DNA from: Phyllosticta citribraziliensis
Taxonomy: Eukaryota
DNA length: 64,000 bases
Direction of reading: 5' to 3'
NCBI RefSeq assembly: GCF_038025025.1
Contig: NW_027117339.1
Location: forward strand, 496,001 to 560,000
Position numbers and translations under genes: made by a program. Numbering within the stretch: position 1 is the first letter of the stretch; the number at the start of each line of letters is the position of its first letter. Shown here piece by piece: positions 37,642 to 49,921 of this stretch. Under the pieces are notes generated by a model. The model was not told where the DNA came from. It was given only the letters and a program-made list of their open reading frames with translations, and did no database searches.

Positions 37642-40600
37642 TACCCCCTAGGATGAGAAAAGAGATAGTTATAGTAGAGTAGATATATAAGTAGTTATAT
37701 TAACTAAATAGAAAACTTACTATATTAGTCTATACCTAATAAGGTTATAAAAGTAGTGGTACTTAACTATTATTAATACTTTAGTAAGCCTATCTATAAT
37801 CATCTTATTAGTAGAGATATAAGAGATGGTTATAGTTCTATCTATAACTACCTACTTAATATACTAGTAGTATAGATTAATATGTTTTATAGTAGTATTA
37901 AACTCTATACTATTAGTAAATTAGATGGTATTCTTATTATTATTATAGAGCTAGATTAGTTAAGTATTAGGGCCCTTATAACCTATTTTAGTAAGAACTT
38001 AAGTCATCTAGATGGCTTATTTAATAGTAGGAGTAAGGTTAATAAACTTAGCTTCTATTATAGATATACTAATAAGCTTCTATCTCCTACTCTTTATATA
38101 TAGTAAACTACCTAAAGCTATAATAATATAGCCTAATAAGGACTAATAAGTATCTAGATTATTAGTAAAAGTAGTATCTATATAGATTTATAAGCTAAGA
38201 GTGCCATTATTACTAGGGTATAGAATGATTCTATAATTATATATACCCTATAAGTATTAAAGGACTTAGTAAGTAGCAGTAAGGTGTTTATTTAATAGGT
38301 TATAGGTATATTATAAGAGATGAGTAGTAGGGAAAAGAATAGCTAGATAGCATCTTATTATATACTATATAAGTAAGCTAATAATCTTATTATAAAGCTA
38401 TTAATAGTCTAGGTTATTCTTACTATTATACACGCGTAATTTATAGGAATCTATTAGTATAAGGACGCGTATAGCATTACTTATACTAAACTATATAAGA
38501 ATATTTTAAATATATCTACCTTAGGATAGTATAATTATGCCGTTTATATATTAATTAATATAAAGACTAAGGAAGTAATATAGTCAGCCTATATCTTTAA
38601 AGTAGATCTTAGTATTAAGTAGTAAGATAATTTTATTAACTTTAGACTTAGTTTTAGTAGTAATATAGAGATTATTAATATAGATAAGGATAAATATAAG
38701 CTTATCCTAGTATCTTATAATATAGGGTTCTAAAGGGAGAGAGTAGAAACCTAGGTAGTATAAGAAATTATAGAGGCACTAAAACTAAGTAAGTAGTAAC
38801 TAGTATAAGCTATATAAGGCTCTTTAGAGACGCTAAACTTATTATAGGACCTAGTATCTAGGAGGTATATAGGTATAGACTAGGTCTTTTAGTAGTATAT
38901 TAAGGAAGGCTGTCTTAATATCCCCTTACTTATAAAATAGGTAATAATAGATGTTGATTACTAAAAATAGTATAAAAGTAGGAAATATAATAACTAGTAA
39001 TAATACTTTAGATATATTAAATCCCTTATATTAAAGATTACCTAAAACTATAATATAGCTCTTATAGACAACCTTCTTACCTAGCTTATTAAGCTTATAG
39101 ACCTAGACCTATTATAGTAGCAGTACCTAAGAGCTATCTAATAGGTAGTTAGTCTCTTTAAAGGTACTAGTATTAGTTAACTCCTATATCTACTTATCTA
39201 TAGAGGGTCTCTAATAGATAGATTTTAGCCCTATAAGGGCCTTATACTATAAGTAAGGTAGAACCTTATTAGTAGGGATAGTATCTTATTAGTAATAAGT
39301 AGTATTTTCTATAGTAGTAAAGGTGCGTATATAGTAAGTAGATAGTTAAGGAGGTTAAGTATTATCTAAACTATATTTCTTATTAAAGAATTATATCTTA
39401 GTGCAAATCTACTAAGGGTATTATAATAGTACTATTAGTAGTAGAGTAGATATAGGTAATAGAGATAGTAAGGGTAGTAGTAGGGTTAAAGTTAGGTTAG
39501 TAAGTACTAAATTATTAGATCTAGTATATTTATTAGCTAGAGAGATATTAATCTAATCTATTTTATCTACTAATAGTATAATATCTATAAATACATCCTC
39601 CTTACCTCTACTACTAATATCTATACTACCTATATTAGACCTCTCTACTACTTTAATTACTTATTCTGCTATATTATAGATTACTTTAGTATTACCTTTA
39701 AGAGCATCTTAAACTATTTTTAATATAAGATATATAATAAGCATCTTATTATTACTATTCTTAACTTTTCTATCTTCTATATTATTTATAGTAGCTATTA
39801 AGTCTAGCTACTAAGGAGGTCTAAAATATATATTCTAAGTATAGATAACCTAGTTTATTTAAGGGAGATATACCTAGAAGATATACTTATAGTTATAGCT
39901 AATAAACTATTCTTTCTCTACTCTTATATTAAATTTAGTGCTCTTAAGACGCTTCTCAGCTAGGATATAAGTATATATAGTAATACTAAAGACTAGTACT
40001 AGTAACTAGATATCCTTATACCTACTAATAGTATCATTAAAAATGTTAACTAGTATCTTGCTATTAAGTATATAAGTAGGAAGATAGTTAAGAAGATATA
40101 CTATATATTAATAGGCTTCTATCTATAATAATTAAGGCATATTTAACGCGATACTTATAGAGCGGGCTATACTAGTAATAAGGTATATAGATAACTTACT
40201 AATACTATTTTACTTAGGTAAGTATAGTGCCGTCTTTTTAACCTTAATACCCTCTATCTTTACCTATACTAGCAGCTTTTAGCCACTAAACTCTATACTA
40301 TTATCTATTTAGAGGGCTTAGATCTTATATTAAAACTAGGTTTTAGTCTATTTACTAAAGTTTTAAATACTATTAAAGGCGTCGCCCTTAGTCTTTATAA
40401 CTAATAAGTATTATAGATATAAGTAGTTATCTATAAATACCACCCCTTAATAGTAGCTATTATAGCTAACTATAAGTAGTCTAAATATATTAATATAGAT
40501 GCGTCTAAAGGGCGCGTCTACTTAAGGTATTAGTTTATATAATACCATCTAGTAGGACTTAGCTATATAGCAGGATTTATAATAGAAGTCTTAGTTACTA

Positions 40601-42296
40601 GTAATAATAAGTTATCCCTAGTACTAGAGCTTATTAAGCATGCTAGTATAGACATGCCCTAATTACTAGTACTATATCTTATATATTACTATAGGAGGAG
40701 TTACTATAGTAAATACTTATACTATATAATTATTATTAATAACTATTAGAATATTTACCCCTAAACTATTAGGGTAAGCTATAATAGCTATTCTATAGTT
40801 TTATATTTATAATATAGAGGTAAGCTAATCTAGGTATAGTCCCTTCTACTTAAGTTTTAAAGCTGAGATAAGACTAACTATTAGTACTAGAATATATAGA
40901 ATACCCTTTATTATGAGAGTGTTAACTATACTATTTATAGGATAGTAGAGTATAGTATTACTATAGCTAATAGCTATTACTATACCTAAACTGCGTACCT
41001 AGACTAGCTGTATAAACTATAAGTAGTTTATTAGCTTAGTTAAATTTAGTATATAGTAGGTATTAGCCCTAGTATTAATAATCTATTTATCCTTTATTAA
41101 AGCTAGATATAGGTATAGGGTAGTAAAGTAGTTTATACCTTATACTAGAGGGTTAGTTATTAATATTATTATTACTATTACTACTATTAGCAGTTTAGAG
41201 ACTTAATTATCTAGTATATAGAATACCCCTAATACTAGCTTCTAATAGGTAGGATAGTATTTAAGGTAAAGATAGCTATACTTAGTCTTAATATACCCCT
41301 TCTTTCTATAGTAATTATAGGTGGTATAGTTAGACTTAGACTGCTTAGTAGACTACTAACTAGTATAAATAGTAAGAGCTATAGTATTATTCTTACTAGT
41401 ATATTTAATCTTATTAGTTATAGTATAGAAGAGATCCTTAAACTTAGGTATCTCCTTCTTATTATACTAATTTATATATTAAGTTATATACTAGATAGGA
41501 ATATTATCCTATAAGTTTTCTAGGAGTAGAATATAGAGAATCTAGTCCTTAATTTACTATTAGATATAGCTAATATAGGCTTACCTTTATTTATATAGGG
41601 TATTATAGAATTCCTTTACTATTATAAAATTACTATATTAATAGAAGATAAAGTCCTTAATAATATTAGCCTTAGAGAGGATACCCTTAGTATTATATAT
41701 ATTATAAAGCTTCTACTATATAGAGTAAGCTAAACTAGTATACCCCTATAGTACTATTATAATAGGAAGTATAATAATTATTATAAACTAGTAGATAATA
41801 TATATATCCTTCTTATAATTAGTAGTATTTTTTAGCTTATCTTTAAGTAGATAGGTATAATAGAATAGACTAAGCCTTATCTTAACTATTATCTTAAAGG
41901 TTACCTAGTTAGTAGGGCCTTTAAGTGGCTAGATATTCTTTAAAGGGATACTAAACTTATTATTATTTATAATTAGGTCTACCTCTTCTTTAGCCTTAGC
42001 CTACTTAGCTAGTATAGAAGATGAGGTGGTGGTAAAGCCTAAACTACTAGATAATAAGGGAGGAAGGGAAGGTAAAGTTATAGTAAAGATAATAACTATT
42101 AGTATATTACTTAGAGTTATAGAGATAGATAATACTAATAAATTTACTAAAGAGTAGGAATTGTATAAGATAATAAGGGATAAAATAATAAAATAATAAA
42201 ATAACTATTAGTAATAATTGTATAGATAGTATTATAGTGTAATACTAAAATAAGCTAGATAAGTAATTTGTGTGTATAATGTGAGGGCTTATAACC

Positions 42297-42563
42297 TAAT
42301 AAAGTAAGATGAGAGAACTGAAGACTCTATTTAAGGCTACTTTAAGAGCTATCTATATACTGCTAAAACTGCTAGGGGGAGTAGTAGCTGGTGCTAACTG
42401 CTAATGAGTCCTAAACTTGTTAAGATGTGTGAAGCTGATAGATAAGTATATCTTGACTGAAGTAGTGAGTTGTTGTCTGGATAAGCTGTAGTTGTCTAGG
42501 CGAACTGTAGCTGAGATGATGCGATAGGAGACTGCTTGGTGTTGTTATATAGGACTACTAACA
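42297..42563. repeat. LTR (5' LTR of the minus-strand element)
   Basis: Direct repeat of 37375-37641; adjacent to the PBS. Confidence 0.95.
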
Positions 42564-43568
42564 CTTATGGCTTAAACGCTCTCACCCAAGGCACACCCGT
42601 CTATGGATAGCATCATGGAGTACGGCGGATGAGGTGGGAAATGTTGAAAAAATCAGAAAGACCACCACACCAAGAAGTGAGTACAATGTTTCCAATTTGG
42701 CAGTCGACATTGGCGGAAGCCGAAGCGCCCAGACAATTTGAGGTGAGGATACATTCTGAGCCTGGCAAGGCAAATGCATCAGCGAGATTCTGGCCAGCCC
42801 GCAAGGCTTCTAAAAAGTGCTTGAATGGAGTGTCCGCCGTGATTGCGGGCAGGCCTTCAATTCCAGGGCTCCATTGCAATATGCCCCAATGAGCACCTTC
42901 ACACGGCAGCCCTGCAGTTGCTCACTCTTTGGCACCGCTGATTCCAGGATATTCAAAATGACGTGTCAGATGCTCAGGATGGCCGGAAAAGTGCTCAAGA
43001 CTGCATGCACCTCTTGGGACGCGGTTCGAAAGAAGACAAGTCTTGCCAGCCAGTCTTGGCCATTGGTCCCCTTCTGACGGTGCATCGTGCAGGAGGATCC
43101 CATGGAGACGGAGGCGTATTCGAGAAATAATAGCAGCGCGGCGAAACCTTGCCCCGAAGGCGCTCGGCGACGAAGTGCGCGCTCCTTCCTTCCCTCTGCA
43201 CCTCAAGCGACTCTCTGCACCGGAAGCGAGCGCCCGTTGGTCGGCTGTGAATAGAGCGCCCGACGCTGCCCTCGGCGACTCTGCGTACGCCTGCGACAAC
43301 ACCTTCGCCCGCCTCCGCCCGTCGCAACTGGCCCGCCGAGTTGAATCCTTTTCAACGACAAGCCTCTTTACTTGCCAAACACACGCTACCCTGATTGAGG
43401 AGTAATTCATGTCCCCCGCCTTGAGCAAACAACGTGACAGGCCGCTGATTCCAACAACGCAGAGACACAACAGGACATCCGAACTTTTCTGGCTGCGCTA
43501 CCCTCTCCGTTGTCACGTTGGCGCGAGAAGTGCCAGAACACCTCGTGCTGCCCACCGCACCAAGCAAA

Positions 43569-45161
43569 ATGGCCCCAACGCCGTCCGCAAAGGCGTCAGA
43601 GTCAAGCACATCCATCAGAAATGCCAGCGGAGCGCCCGAATGCTCCAAAACCTCAACCTTGAGCATCAGCCAGCAAAAGTCACGTCTACTCAAGGTGGTG
43701 AGAAAGTGGCTTGGGCCTGTGGACGAATGGATGCCCCGCTCAGTCGATGTTCCAACCTGTCTCGAGGACTGGTCTTTGTCTCTCCTTCAAGTTCTCTCGC
43801 ACACATGCCGGAACCTGAAAACTCCAGAAGCATGCAGACACTTTGGCCTCCTCTTGCAACGTAGCATGGAAGATACAAACAGAAATCAGCTTGAGGAATC
43901 AGACGTCCGCAAGATTGCACGAAGACTTAAGGAAAGACACTCTTTCGTCAACGCTATCAGGGCGATTTGGGGAACTGATTCGTCCGTTTGGTTGGGCCGT
44001 GAATTCGAATTTCAAGCCAGAGACCCCATGACTTGGCCGACGGACGTTCTCGAGGTGCTCCTCAATCTTGCTCGTCAAGCGCCCACCCCCGGACGGCACC
44101 TCAGAGCCAAACGCATCGTGTACAGAATTGCGGCGACAGACATGGATATGTTGCAAGAGGAGGGATGGAACTTTCTGCCGCTTCATGTCCACCACGTGGA
44201 GCTATCCTGTCAGAGCTTTGAAAAGCTATGGCCTGCCAGCACGAACACCAACCTTGTCGGCACGTTGCGTCACAGGGCAGCCAATTCAGCTCCGGATTCT
44301 ATTGAAGATTTTGGCGCATACGACCAGCTTTCTCCAGAGGATCAAGCAAGTGCTGATCATGCCGTTCTTGCTGCCTATCAGAATGCACTGAACAGAAGGG
44401 GCGCGGGCTACGGCAGTTCTCGGCACGGCCCAACGATTTGCACTTGCGAGTTTGCGGAGACTCCGGGTCTTGGGCGATATACACCCAACAAAGGAAAGCT
44501 CTGGAAGGGCCCGGATGTTGATGGACAAAAGCGAAGCTATGGCAAGGTCTCGCGGAAGCAATCCTACATGAGAATCCTAGAATCGCACTATCGCTGTACG
44601 TTTGCTGAATTCCTCGACATCCCAAGACTCCGCCCCGAGGAGGCTTTCTACTTTGCCGAAGACACCTTGAAGGCCCTGGTCCAGCTCAAGGACGAGTTTC
44701 TCGATCTTCCGCTGGAGACGGTCAGGGAAGCCCTGGAAAAGCAAAACGAGATGGCAAACAATGAGAAAACTTCGAAAAACAAAAGCACCTTCCACAATAT
44801 CACGAGGAGAGTCGTCACCGATACTCGAGCAGTCCTTCGAGCTGAAGCCGAAAGTAAGGCGCCAGAAGCCGCGACTGAGGACCCTACGCACACCGAAGAG
44901 CATGCTCACGCCGGAGAGCATGTTGAAGTCACCGTGGAGCCTGCTGCCACCGAGACTGCTGCCAGGGAGGCTGTTGCTACCGAGTCTGCCGCCACCGAGG
45001 CTGCTGCTGCTGAGGTTACCAAGGCTGCTGAGGCGGCCGTCGAGGTTGCCCAGGACAACTTCGACGACCCTGACAGCTCCCAGTCATCCCTGTTTAACGA
45101 CAGGCCCCGGAAGAGAAAGAGGGTCGACAGTGTGATGAAAATTCAAGAGACGACCGCCTGA
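43569..45161 (+). CDS. Orphan protein A: three W/P helical repeat modules, Ala/Glu-rich tail, NLS-like RPRKRKR
   Basis: Intronless 530-aa ORF from the first ATG; internal repeats; paralogous to 52551-54359. Confidence 0.8.
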   Translation: MAPTPSAKASESSTSIRNASGAPECSKTSTLSISQQKSRLLKVVRKWLGPVDEWMPRSVDVPTCLEDWSLSLLQVLSHTCRNLKTPEACRHFGLLLQRSMEDTNRNQLEESDVRKIARRLKERHSFVNAIRAIWGTDSSVWLGREFEFQARDPMTWPTDVLEVLLNLARQAPTPGRHLRAKRIVYRIAATDMDMLQEEGWNFLPLHVHHVELSCQSFEKLWPASTNTNLVGTLRHRAANSAPDSIEDFGAYDQLSPEDQASADHAVLAAYQNALNRRGAGYGSSRHGPTICTCEFAETPGLGRYTPNKGKLWKGPDVDGQKRSYGKVSRKQSYMRILESHYRCTFAEFLDIPRLRPEEAFYFAEDTLKALVQLKDEFLDLPLETVREALEKQNEMANNEKTSKNKSTFHNITRRVVTDTRAVLRAEAESKAPEAATEDPTHTEEHAHAGEHVEVTVEPAATETAAREAVATESAATEAAAAEVTKAAEAAVEVAQDNFDDPDSSQSSLFNDRPRKRKRVDSVMKIQETTA

Positions 45162-46918
45162 GCTTGGGGAGCGTTCGTGGTGTGATTGCATGGGTTGGGA
45201 GATTTCGTGGAGCTGCGACCAGGGCACGTTCGACATGTGTCGCAAAGGTCGGAAAAGGTGGTGGAGCTGAGCTCGGAGAACGTCAAAAATGTGGTTCGAT
45301 TGGATGAGCGGGTTGAACGAGGTGGAGAGTGGACAAAGCCCGACATGTGGTACGATTCGTCGACTGGGTTGGAAGGAGTGGTCCTGGATCGCGAGGACAG
45401 AGACTTGTAAATCTCTTGTGTTTTGGCTCGCAAGGATGAAGATCATGGGAGGGAAGGAAAAAAACGGGCGTAGATGCCAGGTCCTCGACGGAAAAAGACT
45501 CTGGTAGCTAGAAAGAAGCATACAAGACTTGGTGCTCCTCAAAGATGGCTGCAGGTACGGAACGAGAAGCATCCAAAATCTACTGACAAGAAAAACTCTG
45601 GTTGTAGTCCCGACACACTTACCCCCGGCGACAAATCTGTCTGCTTCTCCCACGCGTCAGGCGGTTGACGCTCCACGGTGTCGAAGCAGCAGCGGCGCTG
45701 CTACCCTACTGCCAACGGCAATCCCCAACCACTGCACACGACTGCCGATCATCTTCCGAAGCCTCAATTCCTTCATCCGATCGTTCTGAAAGAAAGGTCG
45801 AGCGAATTCCGCGCCAGCACAACACCGACCGTCGTCTTTTCACCTTTGTTCTCCTCCAAAAGCGCGCAAGCAGCCCGTCAAAAGACACAGCAGCCCACGT
45901 ATTTCGACAAACAAATGTCCAGCAACCTCCAGAACAATGACAAAGAAAGAGAACAATGCTCAGCCCAAACTGCCGCGGTTTGCGCTCGAAAGCGAAAGGT
46001 TTCGCAGCGAGTGAGGTGCAAATTGAGTTGTCGCCCCGCCCGCCGATCGCGACGGTAAGCCTGATGCAGAAAGGTGGGCCGGCGGACCCGCCAATGATTC
46101 GCGTGGCTCGGGTGAGCTAGCCGCGAGCGGTAATATCGTGGGCAGGGGTGCGACTACCTGCAACACCAAGCTGACGAGATGGTGTACTGCGCGTGGTTTG
46201 GGAGGAGCGTGATGGTTGAGAGAGCGAGAAGCGGAAAACACCATTATTGGGCAGGGTGGGAGTGCAAAAAGCGCAACATTTGGAGGACGAAAGGTAGAAG
46301 CGTACAAAGCGACATGCAGGACGACGGCGGTCAAAACCTTGACGCTGACATTCATTGCATTAGGCTGGAGACGCCATTTTCACTGCATTTCGCCTTTTGA
46401 AAGATGCCGCGGAATCTCCCCTGGGTCGGCCAGCACGGCGAATACGAACTTTTGCTGCAGCTCGCTCTGGCTGTTGATGTCGCGTGGGAAACACTCGTCG
46501 CAAGACTGAAACAATTTTATCGCGCGACAGAACGCATGCAAGGGAGCCAAATGAGTTTTCCAAGTTCAAATCATGGTCGCGGCGATGCATAGTGTTTTTC
46601 TGGCCACCGCTGTCGTCACCAGCGCAGCTACGCAGCCTATGGCTTTTGGCTTTCATTGGCTGGGGCACTGTTGCGAAAATGGGGGCGATGGAGGTAAGAA
46701 AGCCTCTTACCTTGTTATTAATGTGGCGAAACGAAGCATCCGAACTGCCTGGCGAGAATGTAATTTGCGGTTGCTGAAGTCGTGACGCTGCTTTGTCGCC
46801 TTTGTCGAACAACATCGCGGGCGACAGTACACAAACCGAGTGACGGGAGTGGCCTTCAGTCTCATGAGGCAAAAAAAGTAAAGTCGACGAATCTGGGGAA
46901 AGGAAAAAATACGGAGAC

Positions 46919-47095
46919 AAAAGAATTGGTGCCTGCACACCTTGCTGTGCTAAACGAGGGGTAGATATATTGCAGTATCCCAGACTCGAACCTTCAAACT
47001 ACGGCCTACACGTCGGCATCTCACGCCAGGCGCAGATATTCAGTTCTTGATAATATGTGCAGCAACCCACCTGACGCATACGCCTTGGGTGCAAT
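46919..47095 (-). ncRNA. tRNA-like Pol III RNA family 2, copy A
   Basis: B box GGTTCGAG at 46985-46992; D-arm-like hairpin; conserved 3' block at 46927-46952; T runs downstream. Confidence 0.65.
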
Positions 47096-47379
47096 TCGAG
47101 TGTTTCATGGGGTTCTGCCCGTTGATTATGTTTTTAATACTTTCTGGTCACGACGCCGTCGCCGGATGTTGCAATGTAACCTTCTTACCACAACAACACA
47201 CGAGTGGAGACTCCATCACTGCCATCAATTGACTTGGACTTTCTTTGTCAATTGACAGCACAATTCAGTAAAAAGTGTTCGCCGACGGGTGTCAGAGGAA
47301 GTGGGCCAAATGGCAAACATTTCAGCGACTGGAATGTCGGGTGAATGAGGAGCAGGCGCAATACTAAGAATTCAAAGGG

Positions 47380-47545
47380 AAAATGATACCTACACACCAT
47401 GCTGTGCTAGAACGAGGCTACCGCCATCGCCACCGGCAAAGCTCGAACCGTAAACCCACTGCCTATATGCAGCCTATATGCCAGTATCAAACACTAGGCG
47501 CAGAAATAAGTTCTTGATAACGCGTCAAGCAACCCACCTGACATG
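47380..47545 (-). ncRNA. tRNA-like Pol III RNA family 2, copy B (5' end diverged)
   Basis: B box at 47442-47449; 3' block at 47384-47409; compensatory GATAC/GTATC pairing; short internal tandem duplication of GCCTATATGC. Confidence 0.6.
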
Positions 47546-49735
47546 AACTCGTTTTGGTCTTCGGGATTTTCACTACCGAATCATGACCGCCTGCCTCGCT
47601 GATTCAACACTCGCAATGTGGGCTTTTTGGACAGTGGTCCGGAATTCGGTGAAATTGCTCAGACCCCGGCGCCTGCGCCTATCCCAACTAGTGATCCTCT
47701 ATCCAATCGCCTTATGCATCCCATTTTTCGTTCGCTTTTCACGCCGCTTGCCCGCTTTCCCGGATTGCTGACTGCAATCCCCAACATCATCTCTCGCATT
47801 CAGACGTGTGCAAGAGCTTGATCTCGAATTAATCCAGCACTGCACCAGAGAGCCGCTAGCCCCAAGGACGAAAGGCAGAAATAATCGACTATAAGGGAAG
47901 AAAAGGTCTTTACTAACTCCGAGACTCTCCGCCGGTCGCGCACCCGGTCGCGCCGCCATGCATCAGACGTGATGAACAGAGAGAAAGAATTCCGAGAAGC
48001 CGAAATTGAGTATACGAGCAGCGGATGGATGTGTCAACAAAGGTGAGTCGAACGCCGGCCCAGTTGCTGGACTGAACTTAGCGATTGGAAGCGACTCAGG
48101 GACCGACCCAAACACCGATCAGTCATTCTCACATCCCTGTTTGCTCGGTACATCCTTCGGAATGTTTTTCAGTCACCTGCTCGTCGCGCTGTGCTGAGAA
48201 TGCTTCTCATCCCGCGGCCTTCGGCGTTTCGTGCTCAGATCAATGTCCAACAGGCAAAATCCACGCAGAAAGATAGACTCCAAGACGCGGTAGTTTGGAC
48301 ATGCTGACAGATGATTCAAGCCAGACACGCTGTGCAAGTGGCCGGAGAACCTACTGAACAATGCATTGAGCGAGCTTTGGACAACGCGCCGAACAGGACG
48401 TGACGGAAGATGTCCGAAAGAGAAGTGCGAGCCAGAAATTCGGCCGTGATATCTGTTGGCGACGTAGACGCTTGTACATTTGCGTTTGTGTCTGCTTTCG
48501 ATTCTTCAAAGGGTGAAAAATGTCTCCAAAATCGCTGCTGAGAGCCTTCGAGCCGGCCCTCACGCAAAATCTTAGCAAGCCGATCAGCAGGCTTCTCTAG
48601 GCCAAAGGGGACCTTTGACTCCAAGATAAACCAGAGACACTCTGATCTTGCTGTAAATTGAAAGAAAGAATCAAAAGTCAGCGCGGCCATCAATGATGAA
48701 GAGTCTCGCAAACTCTAGGGCGCGCGAGCGGGCAGTTTCGGGTAGCGCCTGTCACCACCAAGAGTTGAATCGATTCGGTGATTCTCATGCTCATAGAATG
48801 GCTCAGGCCTTCCCAAGTCCGGAGTGGGTGCCCAAAATAATTGAAAATTGCGATGTGCAGGCGGTGGTTGGGGTCGTCACGTATTTTTAATCTCTCCGCC
48901 GGCGGTACCACCACGTATTAAACAAAGCAAAAAGAGTGACTACGATTCCAAGACCTGCAGGATGAGCGACTGAGCGGTCAATCTATCTGTTGGCTCATTG
49001 CGTGTATTTTGTCGCGCGTTCCGGCACTTTGTGCTCAGATCATCGCCCAACGAGCGAAATTCTACGGGGAGAGAAGGACTCAACGGCAACGCGGTTTGTT
49101 CAAGGTGCTGGAAGACACTGTGAGCAAGACGCAGTGGGCGAAATGTGGCAAGACATGCTGGGCAAGCGGCAAACAGACTTACCGGACGACGCGCTGAACG
49201 ACATCTTTGAGAAAGCGATGAGCAAAACGTGCTGGACGAAGAGTTGGTGGTACGTAATGGAGTGTCAGTAGCCTAGCTGCACTACCTGCTCGCTCGGATG
49301 TCTGCACAGTTACCAGTCACGATCGTGTCTGCGGGAGTGGTCGAAGGTAATCGCAAACATCAGCGTTGAGCGCTGTCGAGGCAAACATCCACCTCCAGTT
49401 CAGAAAACTGAGCAGGAGGCTTCTCCAACGTAGGCGGGACCTCTAAAGTAAAGAAAAATCAGAAGGCACCTGATCTGGCCAGCGATGAGGAAGATGAGAG
49501 AACAATCTGGGCAGCAAACAGAGATGACGAATCTGGAAGACTATGAGGCCCTCAAGCGGGCCAATGTATTTCGGGCGGTCCTTGTTTGCTTGTCACCTTC
49601 TTGAGCTGAGTCAAGCAGATGTTTCGCTAATCCACAGTGGGTTTGGAGTGCTGAGTGTAACTATCTGATGGGCTTTGTGGTTCGGAAGAAAAGATGCGCA
49701 GCGATGATCGCAACGGCGGCAGGAAATCAGCGGAC

Positions 49736-49921
49736 AAAAAAGTAAAAGGTGATGCCTACACACCATGCTGTGCTAGACAGGAACAGTTTATTGCAGCAAA
49801 CCAGACTCGAACCTTCAACCTGCTTATAACGACCTATACGTCAGCATCTTACGCTAGGCGCAGGTTGAGTTCTTGAAAATGTGTCAATTAACCCACTTGA
49901 CACATACGCCATGGGCGCAAT
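49736..49921 (-). ncRNA. tRNA-like Pol III RNA family 2, copy C
   Basis: A box TGGCGTATGTG; B box at 49806-49813; 3' block at 49750-49775; T4 and T6 terminators. Confidence 0.7.

Larger units (their letters stand above)
37375..42563 (-). mobile_element. Full-length Ty1/copia-type LTR retrotransposon inactivated by RIP
   Basis: 267-bp LTRs with TG...CA outer ends; 5-bp TSD CTTAT (37370-37374 and 42564-42568); PBS GGTTATAAGCC (RIP form of GGTTATGAGCC) at 42286-42296 on the minus strand; G-run PPT beside the left LTR; 5.2 kb; extreme AT and TpA enrichment with no surviving ORFs. Copia assignment rests on PBS type and size. Confidence 0.92.

Noticed and set aside
37280..42750. Gene interrupted by the copia insertion
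   Set aside because: Removing the element leaves a stop-free frame of under 100 codons across the junction, with no ATG and no recognisable protein.
47225..47255. Inverted repeat TCAATTGAC...GTCAATTGA between copies A and B (similar small hairpin near 51867-51896)
   Set aside because: Short, single occurrence, not shared by the other RNA units; chance cannot be excluded.
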